Assembly: GCA_964016885.1 (NCBI GenBank)
Contig: OZ024746.1
Span: 9,982,001 to 10,046,000 of the forward strand
From: Eledone cirrhosa
Taxonomy: Eukaryota
Direction: 5' to 3'
DNA: 64,000 nucleotides
Shown here: piece after piece, positions 28,093 to 43,116 of the stretch
Numbering within the stretch: the stretch's first letter is position 1
Layout of the letters: every line of letters begins with the position of its first letter
Notes under the pieces: generated by a model
The model's input: the letters and a program-made list of their open reading frames with translations, nothing else
Databases searched by the model: none
What the model was told of the DNA's origin: nothing
Made by a program: the position numbers and the translations under genes

Positions 28093-28629
28093 ATATATAT
28101 ATTTTTCCTTTACTTTCCTTTCTTATCTTTCATCTTTCATCTATTTTCTTCTATCTTATATTTCTCCTTTTTTTTCTTCCATCTATTCTCTTTCTCCATT
28201 CCTTCACCATATCCCCACCAACAAAAATAACTACTCTTTCTCCCTTTCTTCACTCTTTCTCTCTCCCTCTTCACTCTTTCTCTCTCCCTCTTCACTCTTT
28301 CTCCTTCATTTCTCTTTCTCTCCCCTTTTCTCTCTCTTTCTTTTCCCCCTTAATCTTTCTCTTTCACTCTCTTCTTAATCTCCTTTGCTCTCTCTTTCTC
28401 TCACTTTTTTAATCTCCTTTCTTAACTCTCTTTCACACACTCTCTCTCAATTTCTTTCCCTTTTCCTTCAACACACTATCACGACCCCCACAGCTATCAC
28501 GACCACCAACTGGACCATCATAGGGACAGTTCTATTTCTAGTTGACAACAACATGATCTATTCTTGATAAAACAATATTATCAATATTTAATATCATTCC
28601 TCCCACTCCACCTAACTTGTCTTCCTCTT

Positions 28630-28661
<32 letters not shown>

Positions 28662-28665
28662 TCTC

Positions 28666-28696
<31 letters not shown>

Positions 28697-28908
28697 TTGG
28701 CTTTTGATGCAAAGTGTTGATGGTAGCTTAGCAACTGCCTACATTGTTTTCTGCCAGAAACACTTTCTGTTTTTTCATCGGTTGGGATTTTACATGTCTA
28801 TATATATATACATATGTGTATATGTATGTATATGTATATATGTATATATATATATGTATATATATATGTATATATGTGTGTATATATATATATGTATATT
28901 TGTGTGTG

Positions 28909-28943
<35 letters not shown>

Positions 28944-29201
28944 GTGCATATATATATATGTATATATATATATGTGTATATATATGTGTGTGTATATATG
29001 TATGTACAAATGTGTGTATATTTATGTATATATATATATATATATATATATGCACATATTTATGTATTTATGTAGAGAAGATTTTATAATTGATTAAATA
29101 TGCATTTCTCTTAACCTTTGCAAAACTAAATTAAACCAATGCACTACAATATCCTGAGTATATTGTTTAAAAAAAATTGATTTTCATTCATCCCCATTTC
29201 T

Positions 29202-29254
<53 letters not shown>

Positions 29255-31995
29255 TCCTCTCTCTCTCTCTTCTTTCCTTCCTCTCTTTTATATTCTTCTT
29301 CTGTCTCTCCTTTTGTCTCTCATCTATCTATCTATCAGTCTAACTATTGAAATGACATGTGTTTGTGTGGACCTTTATATGTACTGAAACAGTAAGACAT
29401 TGTATACTTAAATGTTTAACAGAACAATGTGTATGGAGTACTCGTATTTTGTTTGTGATAGCTTGTATGTACAATCTACTATACATATAAATCATAATCA
29501 TTATCATCAATTTATGTACATTTTCTATGCTGGCATGGGTTGGATTGGCTGAGACAGAGTGAGACTAGATGGGTCAAGAGACCTCTTGCTCATGTGCTCC
29601 ATATTTGGCCTGGTTCCTACAGCTGGATGCTCGTTCTAATGGCAACCATTTTACAACCAATGTGTATATGCTTGCATGGGAAAAGTCTGTTCAGTGAGGC
29701 AACAGTGAGTGCCCTCTCAAAGGTACAAGTCTAGTCAAAGTTTTAGGGAAGGTCAGCAGTTGTCCATACAGTAGGGTTCCCCTTTCCACAGCACCAATGT
29801 CCAAAAGAAAAAGAGCAAGAATCAATACGGTATGACACTGATGTCACAAAAGAGAAAGAAAAAACAAATAAAATGTACTCATCATCATCATTATCATCAC
29901 TGTTTAGCATCCATTTTCCATGCTTGCATGGGTTAGATGGGTCGTCCATGTTGAGAGACAAGTCTGGCCAGATAATAGAAAAGCAACTGGCCAAATTAGA
30001 TATTACTTAAATCTTTAAAGTAGCTGGTGTTTCAAAGAAGAGTCATAACAGCTTCTTTTTCAAATTTCCATATAAAATCCCTCATCTATAGTTGTTAAAA
30101 TATTTTAAGACAATACATCTTACATTAAACTTACCCATATAAAATACTCTCAACATTTCAGTTACCTCACTTAAGATATGCTTCTTTGCATAACCCATTA
30201 AAAATTTTCTTTTGAAATAATCAAGCAGTATTCACATGTATCAATCAAGATTTAATGTTAATGTTTTTTTACCTCCCCTCAAAATATTTAATCAATTTAA
30301 TATACTGTGTCAATATTATTGAAGGATTACATCTTTCCTAATACAAAAACAGCATTTATTTTTTTTTTCTATCCCACTTGTAAGGGTTTTTACTAAGTCT
30401 GGATAAGTGAATAATTAGATTAATTCAAAAGCAATTGTTTGTTTCCTTGTTATCGGTTGTTTTTTGTAGTTCTTATTGAAATCTCTCTCATTTTTAGATC
30501 TCCTATGAGAAATAATATGAAGTAGAATTAACAATTCTTCTATAATTTTATTTCTTCCCTTCATCAAAATATAAATGGATTACAAAAAACACTCAAATAT
30601 TTTGGTAAAACACTTGAAAATGTTATATTCCTATGATGATAAACCCCTAAACAATTATATTTCATGAACAAAAATGATCACAATATTTCTATCTCTTAGT
30701 TTCTTCTTATTCTATATTATCATTATATTTATTATAATTATGTTTATCATCATTGCAGTTTTTTATTATTCTGTTCTGCCATGAGTTAGGAAGGTCATTG
30801 CAATAATTTATCTTGTCAAATCTTTGGTTGTTTCATCCCATTCTGAATCTGAAGTTTATATTAACACCAAGTTTTTCTCCCCGACATATTTCTTATTAGT
30901 CTACTATTATAACTTTGTGTGCCTGTGTGTGTGAGAGTGAGAGAGAGTGTGTGTGGGGTGAGAGAGTGTGTGTGGAGGATGAGAGTGTGTGTGTGTGTGT
31001 GGACACAACATTGCCAAATGGTTCAGTTTGCAATCATTAGGTCCCAAATTCGATCTCACTGTGGGGCATCTTGGGTAAGGGTCATTTTACCAGAGCCTCG
31101 GGTCCCTGCATGCCTGTGAATCAAATTTATTTCATAGGAAATGTTTGGAAATCCATCAATTTAATTCATAATCAGAAGGAAAACTCATATGTTGACAAAA
31201 TTTTCCTTGATGTTTTCTCTGTATCCAAAATTTTAAAGATAACTTGTGAGAATCTCCTCTAATTTGGAACTGCTTCCACTACTATATGAACCTGGCTGTT
31301 ATGAACCAGAGGAGTTTCTATGTCAGGGGTCTCCAGAGTAGTCTATATTAACCCCCAAGTATTAATGGGGCTTCCTAGGGGTTGTGAATTGAACCTTTTG
31401 GAGCAAGAATTGAAAATACATAAAATAATACAAAATACAATTTTATGATTTATAGACAGATTTTATTGGCTATTTTACATTCTGTTTTATTTATTTATTT
31501 TTATATATGTCTGGGGTTGGTGGGGAGTTATTGATTCCATAAAGGTGATGATTGAAAGAGTTTGGCACTCTCTGCTCGAGGTGGATCCTGTTTGAAATAG
31601 CAACCTTACATCACATCCTCATGTCTTAACTATTTCATGACCACACTTCTAATGAAATACACTCTATTTTAATTAATTAATGAAGTATTTTGAGGGATTT
31701 ACTAAAATTATTAATTATTTCTTTAATAAGATAGTAACTTAATGTAAGGTTTTTATATAAAATTGTTTTAATTTAAGTTGGAAACTTTTAAAATGGATGG
31801 TTTTCTTTCATAGACCCAGAGCTGGTTTTGGCCAGGTTGGTAACAAATGGATTAAGAGAAGAAAATATGACTCAATAATGTGATCTAAGACAAATTACAG
31901 GATGATTGAGTTTTATAAAACAACATTTATTTTTCTCCTATTTAATTTAACAATCATATATATATGCAATATTTCTAAATATGGAATCATTTGAG

Positions 31996-32034
<39 letters not shown>

Positions 32035-32115
32035 ATATATATATATGTTTGTGTGTGTGTATATATATATATGTGTGTGTATGTGTGTTTGCATATGTGT
32101 ATATATATGTATATG

Positions 32116-32146
<31 letters not shown>

Positions 32147-32166
32147 TGTATATATGTAAGTATATG

Positions 32167-32212
<46 letters not shown>

Positions 32213-32506
32213 ACTCTGATATAACACCTGCAACCCTGATGGTATGCAATGATGTTGACTTGTTCTTCTTTTTGGTAAATATCATCTTGGTTAAGAGAGT
32301 GGGACTGGCTTTGTGCAGTGCCTTTGCTCACTATAAAAGCTTCACAGCACAGGCATTGCTTTATATCTGGAGATCTCTCTGCACTTGTCGTCACATGGTA
32401 CCATGGGCCCAGCACTATGTGTCAATAATTGTCACAAGTGTAGTGTTTGTACCAGAGTTTTCAAGTCGCTGGCTGGACTAAAAAGTCACACTCGTTCAGC
32501 GCATAT

Positions 32507-33281
32507 TTGATTAAGAGGTGCTTACTGACTGTAGGTTTCGCTGTGTACTTAGGCAAGGTGGGTTTTCTGTATTACTGCGTGGCGCCAAAGATCTCGGTCC
32601 AGTGACAGTGTGTAAGGTCAGAATTTATCAAATTGTCCCAGGTTTTTCTGGGTCTGCCTACTCTGTAACTTCCGTCAATTTTGACCGCCCTGCACTTTTT
32701 TTATACAGCTGTCATCTTTCATGCGCATCACGTGACCATACCAACATAGTCTTCTCTCGAGTAAACAGCATCTGATCCCTCTTATACCTAATTTCTCACT
32801 TAGTTCATTTATGCTTTGCTGTTCACGTATATTACTATTACATATCCAGCGGAGCATGCATGCTTCGTTCCTCTCCAGTCTGCGCAGATCCTCTGCACAC
32901 AGGGCCCATGTCTCACTGCCATGTAACATTGCTGTTCATATACAGGCATCATACAGCCTGCCTTTCATTTTTAGAGAGAAACCTTTAGCGGCCAATAGTG
33001 GTATAAGCTCTCTGAACTTTTTCCATCCCGTTGTGACTCTGGCTACTGTACTTTCTGAGCACCCTCCACCATTGCTGATTTTGTCACCCAGGAAACGGAA
33101 GGTGTCCACTATTTCTATAGAGCCATCTGGGCAATAGAAGGAGCTAGTATCCTGTGGGCGCTTGCTACTTATTGCACCTGAGCTCCAGCCACATATAAAA
33201 TCTACATTCTTAGATAGCTTACCTGTGATCCCACTACATCTTTTATGCACCCATACTTTCCATTTGGGACATAAAATGGAA
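32507..33281 (-). mobile_element. RTE-clade LINE 3' fragment (frameshifted)
   Basis: [15 protein letters not shown]...VDTFRFLGD...MLHGSETWAL...RRLCWYGHVMRM; closely related to 41100-41900. Confidence 0.92.
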
Positions 33282-33283
33282 TG

Positions 33284-33357
<74 letters not shown>

Positions 33358-33539
33358 TATATATATGTATATATAGATATAGATATATGTATGTATATAT
33401 ATATAAATATATAAATATGTATATATATATATATATATGTGTGTGTATATGTATATATATATATATGTATATATATGTATATGTATATATATATATGTAT
33501 GTATGTATATGTTTGTGTATATAGGTATGTGTATGTATG

Positions 33540-33580
<41 letters not shown>

Positions 33581-33597
33581 ATGTATATGTTTGTGTG

Positions 33598-33663
<66 letters not shown>

Positions 33664-33972
33664 CATATACATACATATATATATATGTATATGTATGTAT
33701 ATATAACTAAACATTCTGTACTCTTTTCAAGGGATTTCTCTTTCAAAGCATTTTCTTTTTTCTACATCTTAAGAACAATATTTCTTTAGAAACTTCATAA
33801 ATTTCATTTTCCATCGTATTTTATCTCTTCAGTCTGTAAACAGTTGACTAAAAAAGTTATAAAAAGAATCTGTTAGTTAAAAATCAATCTCAGAAATATT
33901 CTAATGGATTATTCTACAAATGGAATAGGCTAAAGATATTCCATATCCTTATGCCTGTCAGTGTGTGGGAGA

Positions 33973-34665
<693 letters not shown>

Positions 34666-34743
34666 TATGGGTGTGTTACACACTCATCTATTTTTTCTTG
34701 TTTTGTTTTAATCTCTATTTACCAAAGTGCAATTCTTTCACCA

Positions 34744-34788
<45 letters not shown>

Positions 34789-34814
34789 TATATAGAAAGA
34801 TATATGTATGTATG

Positions 34815-34886
<72 letters not shown>

Positions 34887-34894
34887 TGTATATA

Positions 34895-34996
<102 letters not shown>

Positions 34997-35137
34997 CACT
35001 TTGGGTTTCTATATTCAATGAAATTATATTCTTGAAGCATTCAATACTTAATGGTATACAAGATTTTTGTACATCACAAAAATATTCACTTTGTATACAA
35101 GCGTACATACAATGTATTAGTGTGTGTCTTTGTATGA

Positions 35138-35202
<65 letters not shown>

Positions 35203-35375
35203 TACACATATATATACACAGACACACATTCACACACACATATATATATATATATACACATATATATATATATAGCTGTGGTAAACCTGTGTGTAAATAT
35301 ATATACAAATGCATATATGTATATTATATGTATGTATATACATATATGTGCATACACACACATGCACACATGCTG

Positions 35376-35439
<64 letters not shown>

Positions 35440-35668
35440 GAAATAACGACACATTTCAAAAAACAATTTACCTTACATCCTCATTTTGATTTTTAAAAAT
35501 GATATTTAAATAAATTAGAAATTAAATAAAAATATAACAACTTTTAAATTGATTTTATGTAGACAAGCATACTTTTTTGATTCAAGTTTAATATTTAAAG
35601 ATATTTTACATCTTAAATATATACATAAATATATATATATACATATATATATATATATGTATATGTGC

Positions 35669-35705
<37 letters not shown>

Positions 35706-35759
35706 GTATTATATATATATAGAGAGAGCGAGAGGGGGTGGATGGATGTATAGATATGT

Positions 35760-35806
<47 letters not shown>

Positions 35807-35863
35807 AATATGTGTATGCATGTATATATATATATATATATATATATGCAAATATGTGTATGC

Positions 35864-35895
<32 letters not shown>

Positions 35896-35900
35896 GTGTG

Positions 35901-35950
<50 letters not shown>

Positions 35951-35995
35951 AATATGTGTATGCATATATATATATATATATATTTATATATATGA

Positions 35996-36033
<38 letters not shown>

Positions 36034-36199
36034 TAATCGCAGCAAGCTAAGTGTTGCTTTGTAATTTCTTTCTGTAAGTGAAGATGTCAACCACATTGAA
36101 AATTCTCAACGGACAAAACTGAAAGACTTTTATTCATCAGCATCTTTTGAATAATGCTTTGTAATGTATTTCATCAACAAATTCACAGAAACACATATA

Positions 36200-37250
36200 C
36201 ACACACATACATTCACAACCATGCAGATATATACACACACATACATTCACGACCATACAGATATATACACACACATACATTCACAACCATACAGATATAT
36301 ACACACACACACATTCACAACCATACAGATATATACACGCACATACATTCACAACCATACAGATATATACACACACATACATTCACAACCATACAGATAT
36401 ATACACATACACACATACATTCACAACCATACATATATAGACATACACACATACATTCACAACCATGCAGATATATACACACACACATTCACAACCACAC
36501 AGATATATACACACACATACATTCACAACCATACAGATATATACACACACATACACACATACATTCACATATATACACATATACATTCACAACCATACAG
36601 ATATATACACATACATTCACAACCATACAGATATACACACACATACATTCACAACCACACAGATATATACACACACACACATTCACAACCATACAGATAT
36701 ATACATACACACACATACATTCACAACCATACAGATATATACACTCACACACATTCACAACCATACAGATATATACACACACACATTCACAACCATACAG
36801 ATATATACACACACACATTCACAACCATACAGATATACACACACACATTCACAACCATACAGATATACACACACACATACATTCACAACCATACAGATAT
36901 ACATATACACACACATACATTCACAACCATACAGATATATACACATACACACACACATTCACAACCATACAGATATATACATACACACACATTCACAACC
37001 ATACAGATATATACACACACACATTCACAACCATACAGATATATACACACACACATTCACAACCATACAGATATATACACACATACACACATACATTCAC
37101 AACCATACAGATATATACACATACACACATTCACAACCATACAGATATATACACACATACATTCACAACCATACAGATATACACACATACATTCACAACC
37201 ATACAGATATATACACATACACACACACATTCACAACCATACATATATAC
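36200..37250. repeat. ~30-40-bp minisatellite
   Basis: Unit acattcacaaccatacagatatata(ca)n, about 30 copies. Confidence 0.95.
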
Positions 37251-38022
37251 TCAAACACAGTATAAGACCTCCATCTTTCCTGTTGAGTGTCATAGTTGTT
37301 CAACCAATAAGAGAGTCCGTTTGTAAAATTAATGTTCAAGTGTCCGAGCATTCCAGTATTAATCACTTATTTTTGTTTGCACCTCTGTATAATACTGGTG
37401 TATTATCTATTTTGACTTCTCCATTCTGTCCACATGGGCTGGGGGGGGGGGGGGCATCAATATGATTGACTGACTTGTCATTTTATCATGTACTTTTTAT
37501 ACAAATAGACATGTTTACAAAAACAAAGTCAATTTCTATTAATGAAGGTTATAATTTTCATTAGGGCGGAGGAATATGTGACTAAGAAATATATGTGGGG
37601 TCAATATTTTGAAGATTTTCACCAATTTCAAACTCTACATAAGATAATGGGGTAAACTTATAGCATGGAAGATGGACGTTAAACGACGATGATGATGATG
37701 ATGGTATATAAATATGTATTTTTTTGTTTTTTGCTGGTTTCAGGCATTAAACTGCAACCATGACGTGGTCATGCCTTTGAATTGGTCAATTATATCGACT
37801 CCAGTAGTTACTTTATCAAGTCTGGTACTTATTTTATCAATCGTTTTTCTGTCAAACTGCTAGGTTACAGGACATACATATATATATCCTGATTCCTTTT
37901 GAATTGAGTCTGAATTATTTTTCCCATATCTTATGTTAACTATTTTCCCATTTTGATGCTATAGTCGCATATATGTTATGGAATACTGTTAGCTTCTCGC
38001 TACAACAATTTCTATACTTTTC

Positions 38023-38065
<43 letters not shown>

Positions 38066-38106
38066 CGAAACATAAGTCAATTGCATGAACTCATAATCCT
38101 TTATTT

Positions 38107-38162
38107 ACTGCTATATATATTTCGATGATAGCCATTGAATGGCTATGACCTCATCAGGCAGT
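38107..38162 (-). ncRNA. Minimal type-I hammerhead ribozyme motif
   Basis: Minus strand reads actgc-CTGATGA-ggtcatagccat(tca)atggctatcatc-GAAA-tatata-TA-gcagt, followed by AATAAA. All core nucleotides are intact, and stem II closes with G-C. Confidence 0.82.
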
Positions 38163-38283
38163 TAGTCAGTTCTTAGATATGCCAGCTCTATGTTTATAGT
38201 GTTCATGGTATCAGAGCCTTGGGACATATGTATATATATAACGATATTAACAAATGGAAACTATATTTATAAAACCATATTTA

Positions 38284-38344
38284 TTTCATTATACATATTT
38301 CAAGGACACCAAGTTAAATTATGGTGTGCTTTCATCAGATAAAA
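38284..38344 (-). ncRNA. Minimal type-I hammerhead ribozyme motif
   Basis: Minus strand reads ttttat-CTGATGA-aagcacacca(taatttaact)tggtgtcctt-GAAA-tatgta-TA-atgaaa. Same architecture as the 13968-14034 motif. Confidence 0.75.
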
Positions 38345-39506
38345 TATAATATAGAGCAGTTTTATAAATAAATATTGACATACCCTTAAAGAATGCAACC
38401 ATCACTGTTGGAAGCTCCCGGATATATATATACATATATACACACAATATATATATATATATACACACAATCATACATGGATTCATATAAGATATGTATA
38501 TATGCATACGCTTCAGCATATGACAAGAAATATATATTCATATACATATATGGTCAGTCAACAGTCGATCAACACGATCTCAGACCTCATTCGCTTAACG
38601 AGTGGGAGCTCGTCAAATCAGACAGAGAAAAGATGTTTCCATTGGTCTTTCTAATTGCTAATACTATCTGTTGGTCACAAATCCAGGCAAAACGATCAAT
38701 GTGAAATAAAGAGTCTTGCTCAAGGACATAATGCATCGCTGGGTCTGGGAATCGAAATCACAACCTCTCAATTACAAATCCAATTCTCCAACCACTCAAC
38801 TATATATGCAGATATACAACTACTTTCTACATAATACATATCCTCTAAAATCTTCAACAATTTGCATTGGAATACTTTATTGAATCTAATTATTGAAAAT
38901 AATGTTGACAGCCAATCAGATTGAGATGGGAGTTGGGAGTTACTCAAGCTTTCATTTCAAGTTCTTTCTTTTGCTTTACATTTTATGGAAGTGGAATGTT
39001 GGGTGTCTTCCTTAATTTAGTTAATTAGCAATAATAAGCCACCATCACACCATACCACTTCCTTACTTTCCGGCTTGTTCATATTAATATTCCGTGCTTC
39101 TCATTGGTGATATTTACATTTTTTTTTTTTTTACATTTTTATTCTTCTCTCATTATATATATGACTTTATGCTTAGTACAAACCAATATTAATTTTCGAG
39201 AGATCTGATATTATCTATGCTTATGCATTATATATATATATATATATATCATCATCATCATCATTTTACGTCCGCTTTTCCCTGCTTGCAGGGGTGGGAC
39301 AGGAACTGATTCTGGCTTGATTTCTACAGCTGGATGCCCTTCCTAACACCAACCTCATTTACAGTGAGTGCTGGGTGCCTTTTTGCCCCTGGCACCTCCA
39401 CGACCACTTTGCAGTGGAATGATATGGACCCCAGTCCCTATCATCTCATTTTTACAGCTGAGTAAACTGGAGCAATGTGAAATAAAGTGTCTTGCTCAAG
39501 GAAACA

Positions 39507-39537
<31 letters not shown>

Positions 39538-40134
39538 TATATATATATTTATATTTATATATATACATATATATACATATATATATATATTTATATTTAT
39601 TTATATATATACATACATATATATATATATACACACACACACACAAAGAGGTATGTGTTCAATCATAGGGAATGAAAAATATATTGTCTACAAAGGGAAG
39701 GAGAATACAGATCAATTAAAAGAATAGATTAAAATGTATAAACCATCCAATAATAACTATCCATTTTTTAATTTGATATACCCGCATCAAATGGAACAAA
39801 ACCGTCTAACCCATGCTAGCGTGGAAGATGGATGTTAAACGATGATGATGATGATACATACATCTGTGAGTGTGTGCATCATTGTTTGTAATTTTCTTTG
39901 TTATTATTCATTAGCTATTAAAGAAAATATTCAAAATAAACCTGTGTTGGTTTGCAGGAGATACTGTGGTTGTCAGGAATCATATCCTTCTGACTTTATT
40001 GTTTTTTGCTTCCTTATTTTTGTTTCAAGTTGATGTGAGTATGTTTCATTTCGTGTTACAGCATCTGCCTTTTCTTCATTTGCTATATTCATTCTTGTCT
40101 CCGTTTTATATATGCTATATATATATAGCATATA

Positions 40135-40245
40135 TGGCGGAGTGGTTAGAGAATTGGATTCGCAATCGTAAGGTTGTGAGTTCGATTCCTTGACCAGGCG
40201 ATGCGTTATGTCCTTGAGCAAGACACATTACTTCACGTTGCTCCT
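40135..40245 (+). mobile_element. tRNA-derived SINE head, family B
   Basis: tggcggagtggttag...gagttcgattcc...gtccttgagcaagacac. Confidence 0.8.
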
Positions 40246-40341
40246 TCTACCTGGAGTTGCGACCGATAGATAGTATTAGCAATTGGAAAGACCAATGGAA
40301 ATATTGTTCCCTCGGTCCGATTTGACGAAAGTCGATCGTTC

Positions 40342-40378
<37 letters not shown>

Positions 40379-40380
<2 letters not shown>

Positions 40381-40874
40381 AGTGGAAGCTTAGTAAAATT
40401 GAAGCTTTGGCTGTGGCCAAGCAAAGTCGACCTACAATAAGGAATGAGTAGCAAAGCACTCAATAAGGGTAGGTCCTTAGAGTAATAACATATGTTTAAA
40501 TAGCTTGACAAATTGAAAATTGTGGTAGGCAAAACCCAACCATACAATACCAGAACAACGAAAGAACTAATCAGGTTAAAAAACAGACCTGGTCAGATTG
40601 GACGATTTTCTGCAATACGTCCGATATGTTTCTATGAATCCGAAATCATCAATCCAACTTACGTAACACGTAAGCTTGTGGTATTCCATAATCGAATAGG
40701 GGACTCACTTCATCAACAGGGATTCCGTTCTATTGCCTCAAACTGGTGTGAACAAACTAAATGCCACCGCTACAATAGACAGCCTTCAAGCATTTCGTTG
40801 TTGCGTGTTATTTCCAGCAAGGGAAGCAACCCCCGGTTTTTGGCAGGCAAATTCAAAGTGTTAACAAAGGAAAG

Positions 40875-40878
<4 letters not shown>
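40379..40878 (-). mobile_element. ~500-bp insert in (TA)n, possibly Penelope-like
   Basis: Bounded by (TA)n; tacccttattgagtgc on the minus strand at 40456-40471. Confidence 0.4.
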
Positions 40879-40965
<87 letters not shown>

Positions 40966-41003
40966 ATATATATATATTATATATATATATTATATATATA
41001 TAT

Positions 41004-41034
<31 letters not shown>

Positions 41035-41047
41035 ATATATATATATT

Positions 41048-42360
41048 ATTCCCATCTGGGAAATGGCCATGCTCAGTGTGTAGGAAAGGCGTAGGTAGAA
41101 ACTCCATTTTATGTCCCAAATGCAAAGTATGGGTGCATAAAAGATGTAGTGGGATCACAGGTAAGCTAACTAAGAACATAGATTTTACATGTGGCCGGTG
41201 CTCTGGTGCAATAAGTAGCAGCAAGTGCCCACAAAATACTAGCTCCTTCAACTGCGCAGAGGGTTCTATAGAAATAGTGGACAGCTTCCGTTATCTGGGT
41301 GACAAAATCAGCAGTGGGGGAGGGTGCTCTGAAAGTACAGTAGCTAGAGTCAGAACTGGATGGAAAAAGTTCAGAGAGCTTATACCACTATTAGCCGCTA
41401 GAGGGTTTTCCATAAAAATGAAAGGCAGGTTATACGATGCCTGCATACGAACAGCAATGCTGCATGGCAGTGAGACCTGGGCATTGTGTGCAGAGTATAT
41501 ACGCAGACTAGAGAGGAACGAAGCTTGCATGCTCCGCTGGATGTGCAATAGTAATATACGTGAACGGCAAAGCATAAACGAACTAAGGAAAAAATTAGAA
41601 ATAAGAGGGATCAGATGTTGTTTACTCGAGAGAAGGCTACGTTGGTACGGTCACGTGATGCGCATGAAAGACGACAGCTGTATAACAAAGTGCAGGGCAA
41701 TAAAGATAGACGGTAGCCACGGAGTAGGCAGACCCAGAAAAACATGGGACGAGCTGATAAATTCCGACCTCACACGCTTACACCTCTCCAAGACAATGTC
41801 ACTGGACCGAGACCTTTGGCGGTACTCAGTAATAGAGAAGACCCGCCTTACCTAAATACAAAGTAAAAACCTACTACAGTCAGTAGGCATCTCTATCAAA
41901 ACACACCCCCGTCCCACCACCTCCACCCCACCCACACCGCCCCTTTCAATGTAAAGTTATGTTGGTCCCACAACATCCAGGCCGAAACAAATGAGATCGT
42001 GTAGGTGTCACGACAAAAAACACACAGTCCACGCTGTAAATGTGGCCGTGTAGGCAACACGGTAAAAACCTCCCAGCCCCACACTGTAAATGTGGTTGGT
42101 GTTAGGAAGGGCATCCAGCTGTAGAAAACCCGCCAGACAGTCCACGCTGTAATGTGGCCGTGTAGGCAACACGGTAAAAACCTCCCAGCCCCACACTGTA
42201 AATGTGGTTGGTGTTAGGAAGGGCATCCAACTGTAGAAAACCCGCCAGACAGTCCTATGCGAGCAAGACAACCACTCTTGCCTCAAGTGGGAAAACCCCC
42301 GTCCAAACCCATGCAAGCATGGAACACGGATGCTAAACCTGATGATGATGATGATGATGA
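41048..42360 (+). mobile_element. 5'-truncated RTE-clade LINE with intact C-terminal ORF (to stop at 41855), 3' UTR and (GAT)n tail
   Basis: PHD-like C4HC3 finger, VDSFRYLG, MLHGSETW, RRLRWYGHVMRM, GRPRKTW; tail ccatgcaagcatggaa...gatgatgat; (TA)n on both sides. Confidence 0.95.
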
Positions 42361-42821
42361 TATATATATATATTATATATATATTATATATATATATATA
42401 TATATATTATATTATATATATATATATATTATATATATATATTATATATATATTATATATATATTATATATATATTATATATATGAGCGTGTGTGTGTCT
42501 GTATAACATCATCATTATCATCATCGATTTTACGTCTGTTTTTCCACGCTTGCCTAGGTAGGCATATCTCTTTTCTGAGTTTAAATCCCGCCATGGTTGA
42601 CCTGATCATCCTTACTATCTGGACTGATAAAACAAGTACAAGTTTTTTTATATTGGTGACATTATATGAACTGTTTAATCTCTCAAAGCTTGTAGCCTTA
42701 ATATGTATTAACTCTTAGCACAGGGTAAGGATTTGACAATTCAAATATTTCTAGTATCTTTACAAGTGGACAGATAGTTGTGAACATTTGCAGTTAACTT
42801 TAATTTCTTGTTTGCAGTCGT

Positions 42822-43116
42822 TTTGGTGCCATGACACAAATCACCCATCCCACACTGTAACGTGGTTGTGTAGGTGTCATGATAAAAAGCACCCAGCTCA
42901 TACTGTAAAGTGGTCATATAGGTGTCAAGATAAAAAGCACCCAGTACGCACTGTAAATATAAGTGACACTTGGGAGGGCATCCAACCGTAGAAACCAAGC
43001 CAAAATCAGTTCTGTATGAGCAAGACATGGTCATCTGATATGGCTTGTCTCACAACGAGTCAACTCATCTAACCCAAGCTAGTGTAGAAAAATGGATGTT
43101 AAACAGTGATGATGAT
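42822..43116 (+). mobile_element. RTE 3' UTR remnant with ~48-bp units and (GAT)n tail
   Basis: Same units and tail as 1490-1660 and 41990-42360. Confidence 0.75.

Larger units (their letters stand above)
38062..38422. mobile_element. Two adjacent hammerhead-bearing inserts in (TA)n (putative Penelope-like pLTR remnants)
   Basis: TA tracts at 38027-38061, ~38226-38240 and 38422 onward; two hammerheads; tacccttaaagaatgc at 38381-38396. Confidence 0.6.

Noticed and set aside
28715-28780. 66-nt phase 2/2 candidate exon ([23 protein letters not shown])
   Set aside because: AAG acceptor and GTTGGG donor are both weak; likely chance.
36154-37465. 390-433 aa His/Thr-rich ORFs
   Set aside because: Minisatellite open in several frames, with no splice or homology evidence.
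40135-40200. Possible tRNA gene (also at 27268 and the family A heads)
   Set aside because: A and B boxes are present but run into SINE bodies; no complete cloverleaf or terminator.
40513-41094. 193-aa ORF upstream of the RTE
   Set aside because: No recognisable motif; it runs through a TA tract and lies in a non-coding insert.
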